The notes beneath the pieces were generated by a model, which worked only from the letters and a program-made list of their open reading frames with translations, had not been told where the DNA came from and did not search any database. A stretch of DNA of 61,002 bases, filler included. It is 4 parts of 4 records of this genome, joined end to end, with 100 filler letters (N's around TTAATTAATTAA, not from the genome) between each part and the next. Parts side by side here need not be neighbours in the genome. Positions count along the whole stretch, not along the records: positions 10,151 to 28,832 come from SRR2962707_2228; positions 28,933 to 51,703 come from SRR2962707_2229; 2 more parts are not named here. One strand, written 5' to 3'. Below are positions 19,008 through 28,956 of the stretch, in pieces; positions within the stretch are counted from its first letter, which is position 1, and each line of letters begins with the position of its first letter. The position numbers and the translations under genes were made by a program.

Positions 19008-19906
19008 CACTGAAACGATTTGTCGCCGTTGGCGAATGCATGATTGAAATGTCGGGCGGCACCGATGGTCATTGGAAAATGGGCATCGCGGGCGATACAC
19101 TTAATACAGCCTGGCATTTCCGTAACGCGACGAATGATCGCGACTGGCAGGTTCGTTATGCCACCGCCCTTGGCGTGGATCGATATTCAGACCGGATTTC
19201 AAAGTTCATTTCCGATGCGCGGATTGACGTTAGTGCCATCCAACGCCTGCCGGGGGAACGTCCGGGTCTGTATCTGATTGATCAGGAAAACGGCGACCGG
19301 GTTTTTACCTATTGGCGCGAGAATTCTGCGGCGCGAAAGATGGTTGACGATATCTCGATGCTCACGGCAGCATTTCGCAATGCTGATGTCATCTATTTGT
19401 CAGGCATTACGCTTGCAATTCTAAGCGAGGACCGGCGCACGGCATTGATTGATTTGCTCCGACAACAGCCAACACAAACCCAGATTGCATTTGATCCCAA
19501 TATCCGACCGGCACTTTGGGAAGATCAGCAAGCATGTAAAAAGGCCCTGTCTGAAGTTGCGGCGATCACAGACGTGATCCTACCCAGCTTCGATGACGAG
19601 GCGGCACTGTTTGAGGATCGTACCCCGGGAGAAACGGTCATGCGCTACCGTGATCTTGGCGTCGCCGAGGTCGTGGTCAAGAATGGTAAGGAGCCGTGCA
19701 CTTTTCTAAAGGATGGCCATGCGGCATGTCTTGAAACCCCGCCGGTTTCAAACGTGGTTGATGCCACCGGGGCAGGTGATTCGTTCAACGCCGCATTCTT
19801 GGCCGCACGGTTTGACGGCAAAGAGACCGCAGATGCCATCCGACATGGGCAAGCCCTGTCTGCAAGAGTAATTCAGACACATGGCGCACTGCTGACGAGA
19901 GAGTGA
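19004..19906 (+). CDS. kdgK: 2-keto-3-deoxygluconate kinase (PfkB family)
   Basis: VGECMIEM, AGDTLNTA, YWRENSAAR, FDPNIRPALW, VDATGAGDSFNAAF. Confidence 0.87.
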   Translation: MTLKRFVAVGECMIEMSGGTDGHWKMGIAGDTLNTAWHFRNATNDRDWQVRYATALGVDRYSDRISKFISDARIDVSAIQRLPGERPGLYLIDQENGDRVFTYWRENSAARKMVDDISMLTAAFRNADVIYLSGITLAILSEDRRTALIDLLRQQPTQTQIAFDPNIRPALWEDQQACKKALSEVAAITDVILPSFDDEAALFEDRTPGETVMRYRDLGVAEVVVKNGKEPCTFLKDGHAACLETPPVSNVVDATGAGDSFNAAFLAARFDGKETADAIRHGQALSARVIQTHGALLTRE

Positions 19907-19939
19907 ATTGAACCTTGAAGCCACTCACAAATTGGCGGT

Positions 19940-20667
19940 CTTTGCTGCACGCGCTTGATCAGATCAATGCCGTTTGCGTGCTATGCCGCGCCAGCCGGAA
20001 GGTGTCAAAGAACCTGTTGCCCGATATGGCTTGATGAAATTACTTCTCGCAGTTTTTCCGGCGCAATGCCGACCTTCGTACCAAGGGACGTCGCTTCGGA
20101 AAAGAGGTCGGCATAGGACAGGTTGATGAAATTCATCAAAAGTTTCATCTTGTGACCTTCGCCAGTCTCGCCGATGCGCGTGATGGTTTCTGCCCAGCAT
20201 GCGATGACAGGCCGGATATGTGGCAGAACATCCCTGTCACAGCCAAGCATCGTACTCAATTGACCGGCTTCGGCCTTAGCGGGTGTGCCCGCCATCGGGG
20301 CATCGACAAAATGACCGCCCTTTGCACGCAATTGGGCGGCGAGCCGTTTGGTCATATCAGGATCGGAGGTCGAGGTATCGACAACGATCAGGCCCGGTTT
20401 CGCCCCCGCCAGAATACCGTATTGTGATCGCATGATCACTTCAATCTGGGGCGCGTTTGAAAGGCAGATATGGATGATGTCACACACTTCGGCCAACTGT
20501 TTCGGGTTGATCGCCTCTTTCGCGCCCATTGACACAAGGTCTTCGATGGGCGTGCGGTTCGAACGCCCGCGCACCCACAATTCATAGCCGCCCTCGAGGA
20601 TGTTTTTGGCCATGCCATGCCCCATAAGACCAAGGCCGATAAAGCCGATAACCGGTTTATTACGCAT
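19940..20667 (-). pseudogene. 3-hydroxyisobutyrate dehydrogenase-family NAD(P) oxidoreductase, frameshifted and truncated
   Basis: IGFIGLGLMGHGMAKN, DTSTS, FVDAP, GHKMKLLMN; stops at 20005 after about 220 aa. Removing one G near 20021 restores GNRFFDTF, after which similarity is lost. Confidence 0.65.
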
Positions 20668-20846
20668 ATGATCTCTCCTTTGTCTCTTATGGAACTTTGC
20701 ACGACGCCAGCCCATGACCCCGCCCGGATCGTATCAGTATGCCCGTTCACAAATGGCAATTCCGCGTTCCACTAATTTTCACGCCACACCCCGTTAGTCC
20801 TTTGAAATAAATGATAAATATGGGTGCATTTATATCTGGAGAAAGC

Positions 20847-20878
20847 GAAGAGTGCCCGAGGGAGGTCAGGCACTCTTC
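20847..20878 (-). terminator. Hairpin downstream of the ABC-lactonase operon
   Basis: GAAGAGTGCC-12 nt-GGCACTCTTC perfect 10-bp stem. Confidence 0.6.
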
Positions 20879-20965
20879 TTTAAGATGTTCGTATTTCATT
20901 CCTGCGCGACTTCAACCCGGTTCGGGAATTTGGATCGCCGGGTTTTTGCGCAAGAAACAAACATC

Positions 20966-21871
20966 TCATGGGGTCGCGGCCGCACTGTTGACGTGAATGG
21001 CATAAACACTTGTTGTTGCGGTAATCAGCAACTCGTTGCCACGTGGGCCACCAAAGCTCAGATTGGATACGGTTTCAGGAACCAATATCTTACCAAGCAG
21101 TTCACCGCCCGCATCAAAGCAGTGCACGCCATCTGCTGCGGAGGACCAAACATTGCCATGACAATCAACGCGAAACCCGTCCGGTATACCCTTATCAATC
21201 GTTGTAAAAACACGACCATTTTCAAGCATGTTGTTGGCATCGACATCGTAAACACGGATGACCGACGGCACGCTGTCATCGTGACTTGATCCTGATTCGG
21301 CAACGTAAAGCAGCTTCTCATCTTGCGAAAACGCCAGGCCGTTTGGCTGGGTAAACTCCGTTGTGGCCTGCCATAGTTCGCCCGTTTCAGGGTCAAGACG
21401 GAAAACGTTGCGATGGCTTTGTTCAGGCGTGGATTTATAGCCCTCGTAATCAGAGAGAATGCCGTATGTCGGATCGGTAAACCAAATCGACCCGTCAGAT
21501 TTGACCACCACGTCATTTGGTGCGTTGAGCGGCTTACCGTCAAACTGATCTGCCAGCGTGGTGATTTTACCATTATGTTCGGTCCGGGTGACGGATCGCG
21601 TCCCATGCTGGCAGGTGATCAGACGCCCTTGCCGATCCTGGGTATTGCCGTTGGCAAAGTTTGAATTGTCGCGGAAAACATTGACGCTACCGTCACACAT
21701 CCAGCGATAAATTTTCTGATTGGGAATATCGGAAAACAACAGGCACTGATGTGCTGCGAACCACACAGGTCCCTCGGTCCAGAGGTGCCCGGTCGAAATC
21801 CGGCGCAACGCGACATTTGCCAGAATAAGATCACAAAAGCGCCGATCGATAATTTCATATGGCCCATTCAT
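20966..21871 (-). CDS. SMP-30/gluconolactonase family lactonase
   Basis: WTEGPVW, FSDIPN, ANGNTQDRQGRL, LNAPNDVVVKSDGSIWFTDP.YG, PNGLAFS, PDGFRVD. Confidence 0.92.
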   Translation of the reverse strand: MNGPYEIIDRRFCDLILANVALRRISTGHLWTEGPVWFAAHQCLLFSDIPNQKIYRWMCDGSVNVFRDNSNFANGNTQDRQGRLITCQHGTRSVTRTEHNGKITTLADQFDGKPLNAPNDVVVKSDGSIWFTDPTYGILSDYEGYKSTPEQSHRNVFRLDPETGELWQATTEFTQPNGLAFSQDEKLLYVAESGSSHDDSVPSVIRVYDVDANNMLENGRVFTTIDKGIPDGFRVDCHGNVWSSAADGVHCFDAGGELLGKILVPETVSNLSFGGPRGNELLITATTSVYAIHVNSAAATP

Positions 21872-22869
21872 ACCCGACGCCCCCGCTTACTGGCCAGTAC
21901 GACCACAGACACAATAATCAACCCGGTCAGCATCAAGCGAACCCCGGCACCAAGCCCATAGGAATTGAGCATCGATACAATCAAAAACATGAACAATGCT
22001 GCCGCCCAGATGCCCGGAACATTTGAATTCCCCCCGGCAATCGACGACCCGCCAATGACAACCACGGCAATCGACATCAGCATATATTCCGTTCCCATGT
22101 TCAGATTCGCCCCGCCAGAGAAACTGGCCAGCATGAACCCGGCCACACCCGCCAGAACGGCACAACTCACATAGACCCCGAAACGCACGGCATTAACCGG
22201 CACACCGCCAAGGCGTGCTGCACGTTTGTTTTGCCCGGTTGCCAATATCCACCGCCCTGCAATCGCCTTTTCCAGAACGCACCAGGCCAGAACAGACACC
22301 AGCAACGCAACCCATGCAGCATTGGGAATGCCAAACGTCCCACCGGTTGAAAAATCGGCAAGAACTTCTGGCGGTTTGATCCGCAAACCGCGGTTTGACC
22401 AGATCGCCAGTGACTGGAACAGGAAGGACGACGACAATGTTGCAATGATCGGCGGAATACGCAGCAACATGATCAGGGAAAAGTTAAACAGCCCGCATCC
22501 CAGACCAACCCCGATTGCAATCGCAAGACCCGGAACAACCAGCGCCCCATCTGTCGCCATGAATTTCAACGATAAGGTCGCAGCAAGGGTCATGCTTGCC
22601 GGGATCGAAAGATCCACATTGCCCGGCCCAAGTGTCACAACAAACATTTGCCCGACACCAACAATGACGGCAAAGGAAGCAAAGGTGAATGCGGCATAAA
22701 GCAAGGCGCCCGCCCCGCCGCTGCTTGAAACAACCATCAGCGTTGCAATATAGGTCGCCCCTGCCGCGACATAGGCCCAGATCCAGGCTTTTCGCGACAT
22801 CATACCCAGCAGGTAACACGCACCGCGCTTTTCATGCTGTGTCTCGCCGGTTTTGTTCAACATGCTCAT
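21868..22869 (-). CDS. Sugar ABC transporter permease
   Basis: GNVDLSIP, IPPIIATL, ATGQNKRAARLGG, SIAVVVIGGSS. Confidence 0.9.
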   Translation of the reverse strand: MSMLNKTGETQHEKRGACYLLGMMSRKAWIWAYVAAGATYIATLMVVSSSGGAGALLYAAFTFASFAVIVGVGQMFVVTLGPGNVDLSIPASMTLAATLSLKFMATDGALVVPGLAIAIGVGLGCGLFNFSLIMLLRIPPIIATLSSSFLFQSLAIWSNRGLRIKPPEVLADFSTGGTFGIPNAAWVALLVSVLAWCVLEKAIAGRWILATGQNKRAARLGGVPVNAVRFGVYVSCAVLAGVAGFMLASFSGGANLNMGTEYMLMSIAVVVIGGSSIAGGNSNVPGIWAAALFMFLIVSMLNSYGLGAGVRLMLTGLIIVSVVVLASKRGRRV

Positions 22870-23792
22870 ATCAGTGCCTCCCGCCGGGTAAAGACAAGAC
22901 GCACAGCCAAAACGATGATCAGGATTGCCCCCTGCGCACCGATTTGCCAATCGGGCGAAAGATGCAGGAATGACAGGAAACTGGCCGCCAGTGTAAGGGT
23001 AAGGGCACCGATAACCGCCCCAACAGGCGATACCCGCCCGCCGGTGAACTCACCACCGCCCAAAATCACACCGGCAATCGATAGCAGCGTGTAACGCAAT
23101 GCAATATTGGCGTCCGCCGATGTCGCAAGGCCGACAAGCGCCATGCCCGATAACACACAGAAAAGTGCCGCCACGCCATAAGCAAATGCCTTAAGCCCCA
23201 TAACCGACCAGCCGGACCGTTCAATCGCCTGTTCATTTCCGCCAACGCCACGCAATAACACACCCAGTGCCGAACGTTTGACGAAGTAATGCATGATCGC
23301 CGCAATCACGATCGGCGCAATGATTGCCACAGGCAGGAATGGCGTCTTTGCCGTCATGAGTGCACGCAACCAATCAGGTGCCGATCCCCCCGGGGACGGC
23401 AGAACAAGGACGGCCATGCCCGACCAGAAAAACGACATGCCCAGTGTCACAACGATTGCGGGCAAGCCGCGCGCATAGATGATGGCGCCCATCGCGGCAT
23501 AGACGAGGATCGCACCAAACAGGATCGCGTAGCCGACCACGGGGTCGGTTTGTACGAAGGTCGCCGTGACACAGGCACAGAAACTGACAAACGTTCCGAT
23601 GGACAAATCAATGTCATTGACCATCAGGATCATCATTTGGGCAATCGTTGCCAGAACAACCGGAATAGCGAGATTAAACAGAAGATTAAGCCCAAAATAG
23701 CTCATGGCGCGTGGCTGCATATAGAAAACGGCTGCCAACAGAATTGCCAGCGACAAGACTGGTAATAGGATGCGCAAATGATCGCGGCTCAT
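22866..23792 (-). CDS. Sugar ABC transporter permease
   Basis: DIDLSIG, LPAIVVTLG, GGNEQA..RSG, SIAGVILGG. Confidence 0.9.
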   Translation of the reverse strand: MSRDHLRILLPVLSLAILLAAVFYMQPRAMSYFGLNLLFNLAIPVVLATIAQMMILMVNDIDLSIGTFVSFCACVTATFVQTDPVVGYAILFGAILVYAAMGAIIYARGLPAIVVTLGMSFFWSGMAVLVLPSPGGSAPDWLRALMTAKTPFLPVAIIAPIVIAAIMHYFVKRSALGVLLRGVGGNEQAIERSGWSVMGLKAFAYGVAALFCVLSGMALVGLATSADANIALRYTLLSIAGVILGGGEFTGGRVSPVGAVIGALTLTLAASFLSFLHLSPDWQIGAQGAILIIVLAVRLVFTRREALI

Positions 23793-25267
23793 TGACCGGC
23801 CTCCTGCATTTCAAACGATGCGCGCAGCATGTTTTCTTCTGTGATTTGATCGCCTTGCAGTTCGGCAGCAATTTCGCTGTCACGAAAGACAAAAACGCGA
23901 TCACATTCGAGAATTTCGTCGGTCTCGGTCGAATACCACAGGAATGTCCGTCCTTTTTCAGCTTCGGCACGGATCATGCGGTAAACTTCCTTCTTGGTAC
24001 CAACATCAACACCGCGCATTGGGTCATCCATGACGACAATCGGGGCCGATGAAGCCAAGGCCCTGGAAAACAGTACTTTTTGCTGATTACCGCCAGACAG
24101 GGACAAAATCGGATTTTCAAGATCATCTGTTTTTATGCCGATCTTACGGTGCCATTCGTCGGCAACTTTCCGTTCAGCTTTGCGGTCGACAAGGAAAGTT
24201 CGACTGAACTCGACCAACGTTTGCAAACTCAGGTTTCGCATGATGGACCACAGGGGCATGACACCATCGCGGCTCCTGTCGCCGGCAACAAAGACGACAG
24301 CGGGATCACGTGACGCAGACCAGTCCGATGTGCGGTCCAAGAAACACTGTGCCAAAGCTTCTGCCTGTCCATGACCGGCCAATCCGGCCAATCCAACCAC
24401 TTCGCCCTGACGTGCATTCAGACCGTTTTCCATGCGCAGAACTTCCGGTCCGAATTCCTGTCGTTTTTTGGCTCCGGTAACTTCTGCTGTGTCTGGAACG
24501 ACATGGCCCATCGCATCGACAAGACCATCGCGGGTAAAATGCCGCGCTTCGTTGTCTTGAGTGATGAAACCGTCTTTCATCACAACAATGCGGCTGGCCA
24601 CATCAAAGATTTCACCCATCATGTGGGAGATAAAAATGATGGCTCCGCCGTCCGCACAGAACTTCTTGATATAGGCAAGCAACTGATCGGCAATCGCGCC
24701 ATCAAGGGACGATGTCGGCTCATCAAGGATCACCAGCCGCGCGTCGATATCGCGCCTCGAAAACGCAATGGCAATTTCCACCATCTGGCGGTCCGCAATC
24801 GGCAAGTCGTCAACCACGCTATACGGATCAATCGCGTGTCCCGGAAAAACCGCATCCAGCGATGCCCTTACGGCAGACGCAGCATTTCGCCGCCAAGCCC
24901 GCCTCGGCATGTTGCGGTAGGGAATGCGATAATTCTCCAGAACGGTGAGGTTTGGACAGAGCGAGAGTTCCTGAAACACACTGCGTATTCCGGCATTTCT
25001 GGCCAGCAGCGCATTGCGAAAATCTGCCGCACTTTGCTCGCCGTCATAACTGACGTCACCGCGCGTTGACGATAAACGGCCATTAATGACGTTTACCAGT
25101 GTCGATTTACCCGCACCGTTATGGCCCACCACCCCAACGCATTCGCCCGGCATGATTGTCAATTCAACATCGTTGAGGGCCTTGACCGCGCCAAAGGATA
25201 CCCCGACATCAGCAAGAGTAATGATCGGCACCTTTTGGGTGCCGATCATTTTCTGGTTTTCCACCAT
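23789..25267 (-). CDS. Sugar ABC transporter ATP-binding protein (two NBDs)
   Basis: GHNGAGKSTL, VFQELSL, ILDEPTSSL, LSGGNQQKV, DDPMRGVDVG. Confidence 0.93.
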   Translation of the reverse strand: MVENQKMIGTQKVPIITLADVGVSFGAVKALNDVELTIMPGECVGVVGHNGAGKSTLVNVINGRLSSTRGDVSYDGEQSAADFRNALLARNAGIRSVFQELSLCPNLTVLENYRIPYRNMPRRAWRRNAASAVRASLDAVFPGHAIDPYSVVDDLPIADRQMVEIAIAFSRRDIDARLVILDEPTSSLDGAIADQLLAYIKKFCADGGAIIFISHMMGEIFDVASRIVVMKDGFITQDNEARHFTRDGLVDAMGHVVPDTAEVTGAKKRQEFGPEVLRMENGLNARQGEVVGLAGLAGHGQAEALAQCFLDRTSDWSASRDPAVVFVAGDRSRDGVMPLWSIMRNLSLQTLVEFSRTFLVDRKAERKVADEWHRKIGIKTDDLENPILSLSGGNQQKVLFSRALASSAPIVVMDDPMRGVDVGTKKEVYRMIRAEAEKGRTFLWYSTETDEILECDRVFVFRDSEIAAELQGDQITEENMLRASFEMQEAGQ

Positions 25268-25279
25268 GATCCTATCGCC

Positions 25280-26293
25280 TTACTTCGCCGATTCAATCAG
25301 GCTTTTCGCGTCATCGAGCGAGTATTCCACATTGGCAACCGAGCCAACCGGCGTTTCAGCAAGAATCTCTTCGAGCGTGTCCTGATCGATGCGCAGGAAT
25401 GGCACGGTCAGGTCTTTGGGGACTTCGTTGCCATCAAGAACCTGCTGAGCAACCCAGAACGCCAGCGTGCTGACACCCGGCGCAATGGAAAGAGATGTGG
25501 TTTCATACCCATTTTCATCTTTCTGTTCTTTCCACCAGTCCAGTTCATCACGACGGTTGCCCATAACGATGGTCGGGGTCGGACGGTCTGCTGCGGCAAA
25601 CGCCTGAGCCGCACCGTATCCGTCGCCACCCTGCGTTACGACAGCCTTGATTTCCGGAAGGCTGGGAAGAATACCGGCAACGGCCTTCTGCGCGACATCC
25701 TGTGCCCAGTCACCATGCACGGACCCAACAATCTTGAAGTCGGTGTTGGCAACTTCTTCGTGAATACCCGCACTGATTTCATCATCAACAAACACCCCGG
25801 CAAGCCCACGGATTTCAAGAAGATTGCCGCCTTCCGGGTAACGTTCTGCGAGATACTTGACCTGATCGCGACCCATTTGTTTGAAGTCGACCGCAATACG
25901 CCATGCACATGGTTCGGTCACGATGCCGTCAAAGGACACAACCGTAATACCAGCATCACAGGCCTCTTTGACCGCACCATTGATTGCGGTTGGCGATGCA
26001 GCGTTTACGACAATTGCGTCATACCCCTGCAAAATCATGTTCTGAATCTGGGCTGCCTGCTCAGTCGCCTGATTTTCCGATGTGGTGAAGGCATCAGCCG
26101 CGGCAACGTGACCATCTTCGATTGCCATGTAGGCAACCTTGCCCCAGCTTTCCAGCATGGCTTGACGCCAAGAGTTACCGGCGTAGTTATTTGAAAGAGC
26201 TATCTTTTTTTCAGAAGTGTCGGCCATTGCTTGACCAGAGACCAACACAAAGGTCCCGGCAACTGCGCCGAGAAGCATTGACTTGAGTTTCAT
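25280..26293 (-). CDS. Sugar ABC transporter periplasmic binding protein
   Basis: Signal peptide, IALSNNYAGNSWRQ, GYDAIVVNAASP, AGITVVSFD; heads the ABC operon. Confidence 0.9.
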   Translation of the reverse strand: MKLKSMLLGAVAGTFVLVSGQAMADTSEKKIALSNNYAGNSWRQAMLESWGKVAYMAIEDGHVAAADAFTTSENQATEQAAQIQNMILQGYDAIVVNAASPTAINGAVKEACDAGITVVSFDGIVTEPCAWRIAVDFKQMGRDQVKYLAERYPEGGNLLEIRGLAGVFVDDEISAGIHEEVANTDFKIVGSVHGDWAQDVAQKAVAGILPSLPEIKAVVTQGGDGYGAAQAFAAADRPTPTIVMGNRRDELDWWKEQKDENGYETTSLSIAPGVSTLAFWVAQQVLDGNEVPKDLTVPFLRIDQDTLEEILAETPVGSVANVEYSLDDAKSLIESAK

Positions 26294-26513
26294 TTTTCCT
26301 CCCTGACGTGACTGCGCCACGTCGTGACTTGAACGAGCCGTTTTGAACGACATTTGATTTGTTTTATCTTTAGAAAGGCGATTTTGGGTTATTACATTTA
26401 AACCGTAAAGAGCACTCACCGCACCAATGCTGCGGGACCACCCCCCTATACTGCGGGTTCCCGCAAGACAGTCCTGCCCTATCGCAATATGATGACTGAC
26501 GGAGGAAACATTC

Positions 26514-27722
26514 ATGTCGGATCTTGCCCATTATCTGCGCATTTCCAATCTTCTTGCAGGCAATCTAAATATCCACACCGCATTGGGGTCCGTGAAAGCC
26601 GAAATCGACAAGATTATTGAATTTGATCATCTGGATATCTGCTTAACGGACACAGACAAGACGTGGAACACGTCCTATGAAGTCGGTCTTCAAACAACCT
26701 GGAGCACCTCCAGAACGTTGGTAAGGCAGTCGCCGGTGCGTGATATTCTTTTGGGAAAAACCGATCACCTTTTGACGGGCAATGCCCTTAATGATCCGCG
26801 GTATGTTTTCCCCGGTGCGGAAAGTGCCCCCATCCTGCATCACGAATTTCGCAGCCGGGTCAATGTCGCGATGAAGGTTCTGGGCGAAGTTGTCGGATCG
26901 CTTAATTGTTCGTCGAAAAAAGAAAACTTCTATGACGAACGTCATGTCGAGCAGGTCCGCATTCTGGCCGATATGCTGGCACCTTATTTTTATGCGTTGC
27001 GGGCCAATGAAAAGGCCAACACAGAAGCGGTATTTCGGGCCCGAATTTTGGCGCGTGAGGAAGGGTTAAGGCTTGGGGCGCTGAGCTTAACTGATGCGCT
27101 CGAAGCTGAACGTCAACGGATCGGGATGGATCTGCATGATCAGACACTGGCCGATCTGACGCGCATAGCACGCGATATCCGCCCGGGCCTGACAACTGTG
27201 CAGCATCATCGCCTGCAGCAGCAGATACAGAACATGATCCAGGACTTGCGCGACATCATCGACACATCGATCCCGACAATCCTTGAACTTTTTGGCTTTC
27301 AGCATGCGGTACTGACCCATATGGAACGGGCCGTCAGCCGCGACTGCACGCCACAGTTTGACGTCGAAGACCAGACAGGCGGAAAGGTCGACGCATTACC
27401 CGAAACCACCCGAATTGCCATTTTCCGGATATGTCAGGAAGCCATCAATAATGCCGTACTCCATTCAGGAGCAACGCATATTTCGGTTGTTGCGTCGTGT
27501 CAGGATCCGCGCGGAGATTTGAAAATCGAGATTTGCGACAATGGCCAATTCCAGACCCGCACGGGAAAACCCGGCAGTGGTTTCGCCCATATGAAAACCC
27601 GCGCGCACCTTATAGGTGCAAAGTTTGAACACAGTACCGAAAATGGGACGCGAATAACCGTAAAGCTGCCTCAAACAGCACAAGAAGCCGAAAGGGCCGA
27701 ACATGAAGATTTTGCTGGTTGA
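26514..27722 (+). CDS. Soluble GAF-domain histidine kinase (HisKA_3 type)
   Basis: GAF-like N-terminus, ERQRIGMDLHD, FRICQEAINNAVLHSGA, DNG..G.G..HMKTRA; no transmembrane segment. Confidence 0.88.
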   Translation: MSDLAHYLRISNLLAGNLNIHTALGSVKAEIDKIIEFDHLDICLTDTDKTWNTSYEVGLQTTWSTSRTLVRQSPVRDILLGKTDHLLTGNALNDPRYVFPGAESAPILHHEFRSRVNVAMKVLGEVVGSLNCSSKKENFYDERHVEQVRILADMLAPYFYALRANEKANTEAVFRARILAREEGLRLGALSLTDALEAERQRIGMDLHDQTLADLTRIARDIRPGLTTVQHHRLQQQIQNMIQDLRDIIDTSIPTILELFGFQHAVLTHMERAVSRDCTPQFDVEDQTGGKVDALPETTRIAIFRICQEAINNAVLHSGATHISVVASCQDPRGDLKIEICDNGQFQTRTGKPGSGFAHMKTRAHLIGAKFEHSTENGTRITVKLPQTAQEAERAEHEDFAG

Positions 27723-28422
27723 AGACGACAAGATGCATGCCGATTTCTTAAAGGAAATTGTCGAAAATGCCCTGCCGGAACTCAAGGAAATCCTGATTGC
27801 GCGGGATGGTAAAGAAGCCGAAGTCCTTGCACAGCAGTCCGGCACGACGGCCATCGTGATGGATCTGCGCATGAAGGAACATAACGGGATTGATGCTGCC
27901 AGAACGATCTGGGCCCGGCGGCCAGACACCCGTATTCTTTTTTGGTCGAACTACTCGGACGAGGCCTATTTACGCGGCATTGCCCAGATTGTTCCCAATC
28001 AAGCCGCTTATGGGTATGTGCTGAAAACAGCGTCACAGGAAAGAATGCATCTCGCCTTGCGGTCCGTCCTGATTGAGGGACAAATCGTTGTTGACCGCGA
28101 AGTGCACCAGATACAGAACCAGCAGATGCGGTCACGCAATACCCTGACCGAGTTTGAATATATCATCCTGCTTGATATCGCACTCGGCCTTCCCGACAAG
28201 GCCATTGCGACACGGCGAAAATTATCACTGCGCACCGTTCAGAACCGGTTGCTGTCGCTTTACAGCAAACTTGATGTCGAGGCCCTTGATCAAAACCATC
28301 AGGACATTGTGCTCAACAAACGCGCGCGTGCCGTTTCCAGCGCCATTGCCAGAAAAATCATCAACCGCGAAGGCTTGGCTGCGGCGGAAAAAGAACTGCG
28401 CACCTGGCTGACCCAAAGATGA
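27703..28422 (+). CDS. NarL/LuxR-family response regulator
   Basis: ILLVEDD, VMDLRM...GIDAA, GYVLK, LT..E..IL.DIALG..DKAIA....LSLRTVQN. Confidence 0.9.
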   Translation: MKILLVEDDKMHADFLKEIVENALPELKEILIARDGKEAEVLAQQSGTTAIVMDLRMKEHNGIDAARTIWARRPDTRILFWSNYSDEAYLRGIAQIVPNQAAYGYVLKTASQERMHLALRSVLIEGQIVVDREVHQIQNQQMRSRNTLTEFEYIILLDIALGLPDKAIATRRKLSLRTVQNRLLSLYSKLDVEALDQNHQDIVLNKRARAVSSAIARKIINREGLAAAEKELRTWLTQR

Positions 28423-28514
28423 CAGACCGATAAATCACGACCGTAACATCGACCCCATTAGACGGTCCCGATGTGCACGAGATTGTTGAGCCCGAAATCT
28501 TCGTCACACATACC

Positions 28515-28547
28515 AAAAAAAACGGGCCAGCTTTTGCCGACCCGTTT
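28515..28547 (-). terminator. Intrinsic terminator after gyrB
   Basis: Minus strand AAACGGG...CCCGTTTTTTTT. Confidence 0.7.
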
Positions 28548-28582
28548 CCAGTTTTATGCGTCAATTCACAAACGGCCTGACG

Positions 28583-28832
28583 TTAAACGTCGAGGTTGGC
28601 AACCTTAAGTGCATTCGACTGAATAAAGTCTCGGCGCGGTTCAACCACGTCGCCCATCAAGGTCGAGAACACTTCTTCGGCTTCATCGGCGTGATTGACT
28701 TTGACCTGCAGCAGGGAACGGACATTCGGGTCGAGCGTGGTTTCCCAAAGCTGATCGGGGTTCATTTCGCCCAGACCTTTATAGCGCTGTACAGAAATGC
28801 CACGACGGCCAAATTCCATCACCGCATTGACC
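28583..28832 (-). CDS. gyrB: DNA gyrase subunit B, C-terminal fragment at the contig edge
   Basis: [42 protein letters not shown]. Confidence 0.93.
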
Positions 28833-28932
28833 NNNNNNNNNNNNNNNNNNNNNNNNNNNNNNNNNNNNNNNNNNNNTTAATTAATTAANNNNNNNNNNNN
28901 NNNNNNNNNNNNNNNNNNNNNNNNNNNNNNNN
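28833..28932. other. Artificial contig linker
   Basis: 44 N + TTAATTAATTAA + 44 N. Confidence 0.99.
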
Positions 28933-28956
28933 TGAGTGAGTGAGTGAGTGAGTGAG
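28933..28956 (+). repeat. (TGAG)6 microsatellite at contig start
   Basis: Direct reading. Confidence 0.9.
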
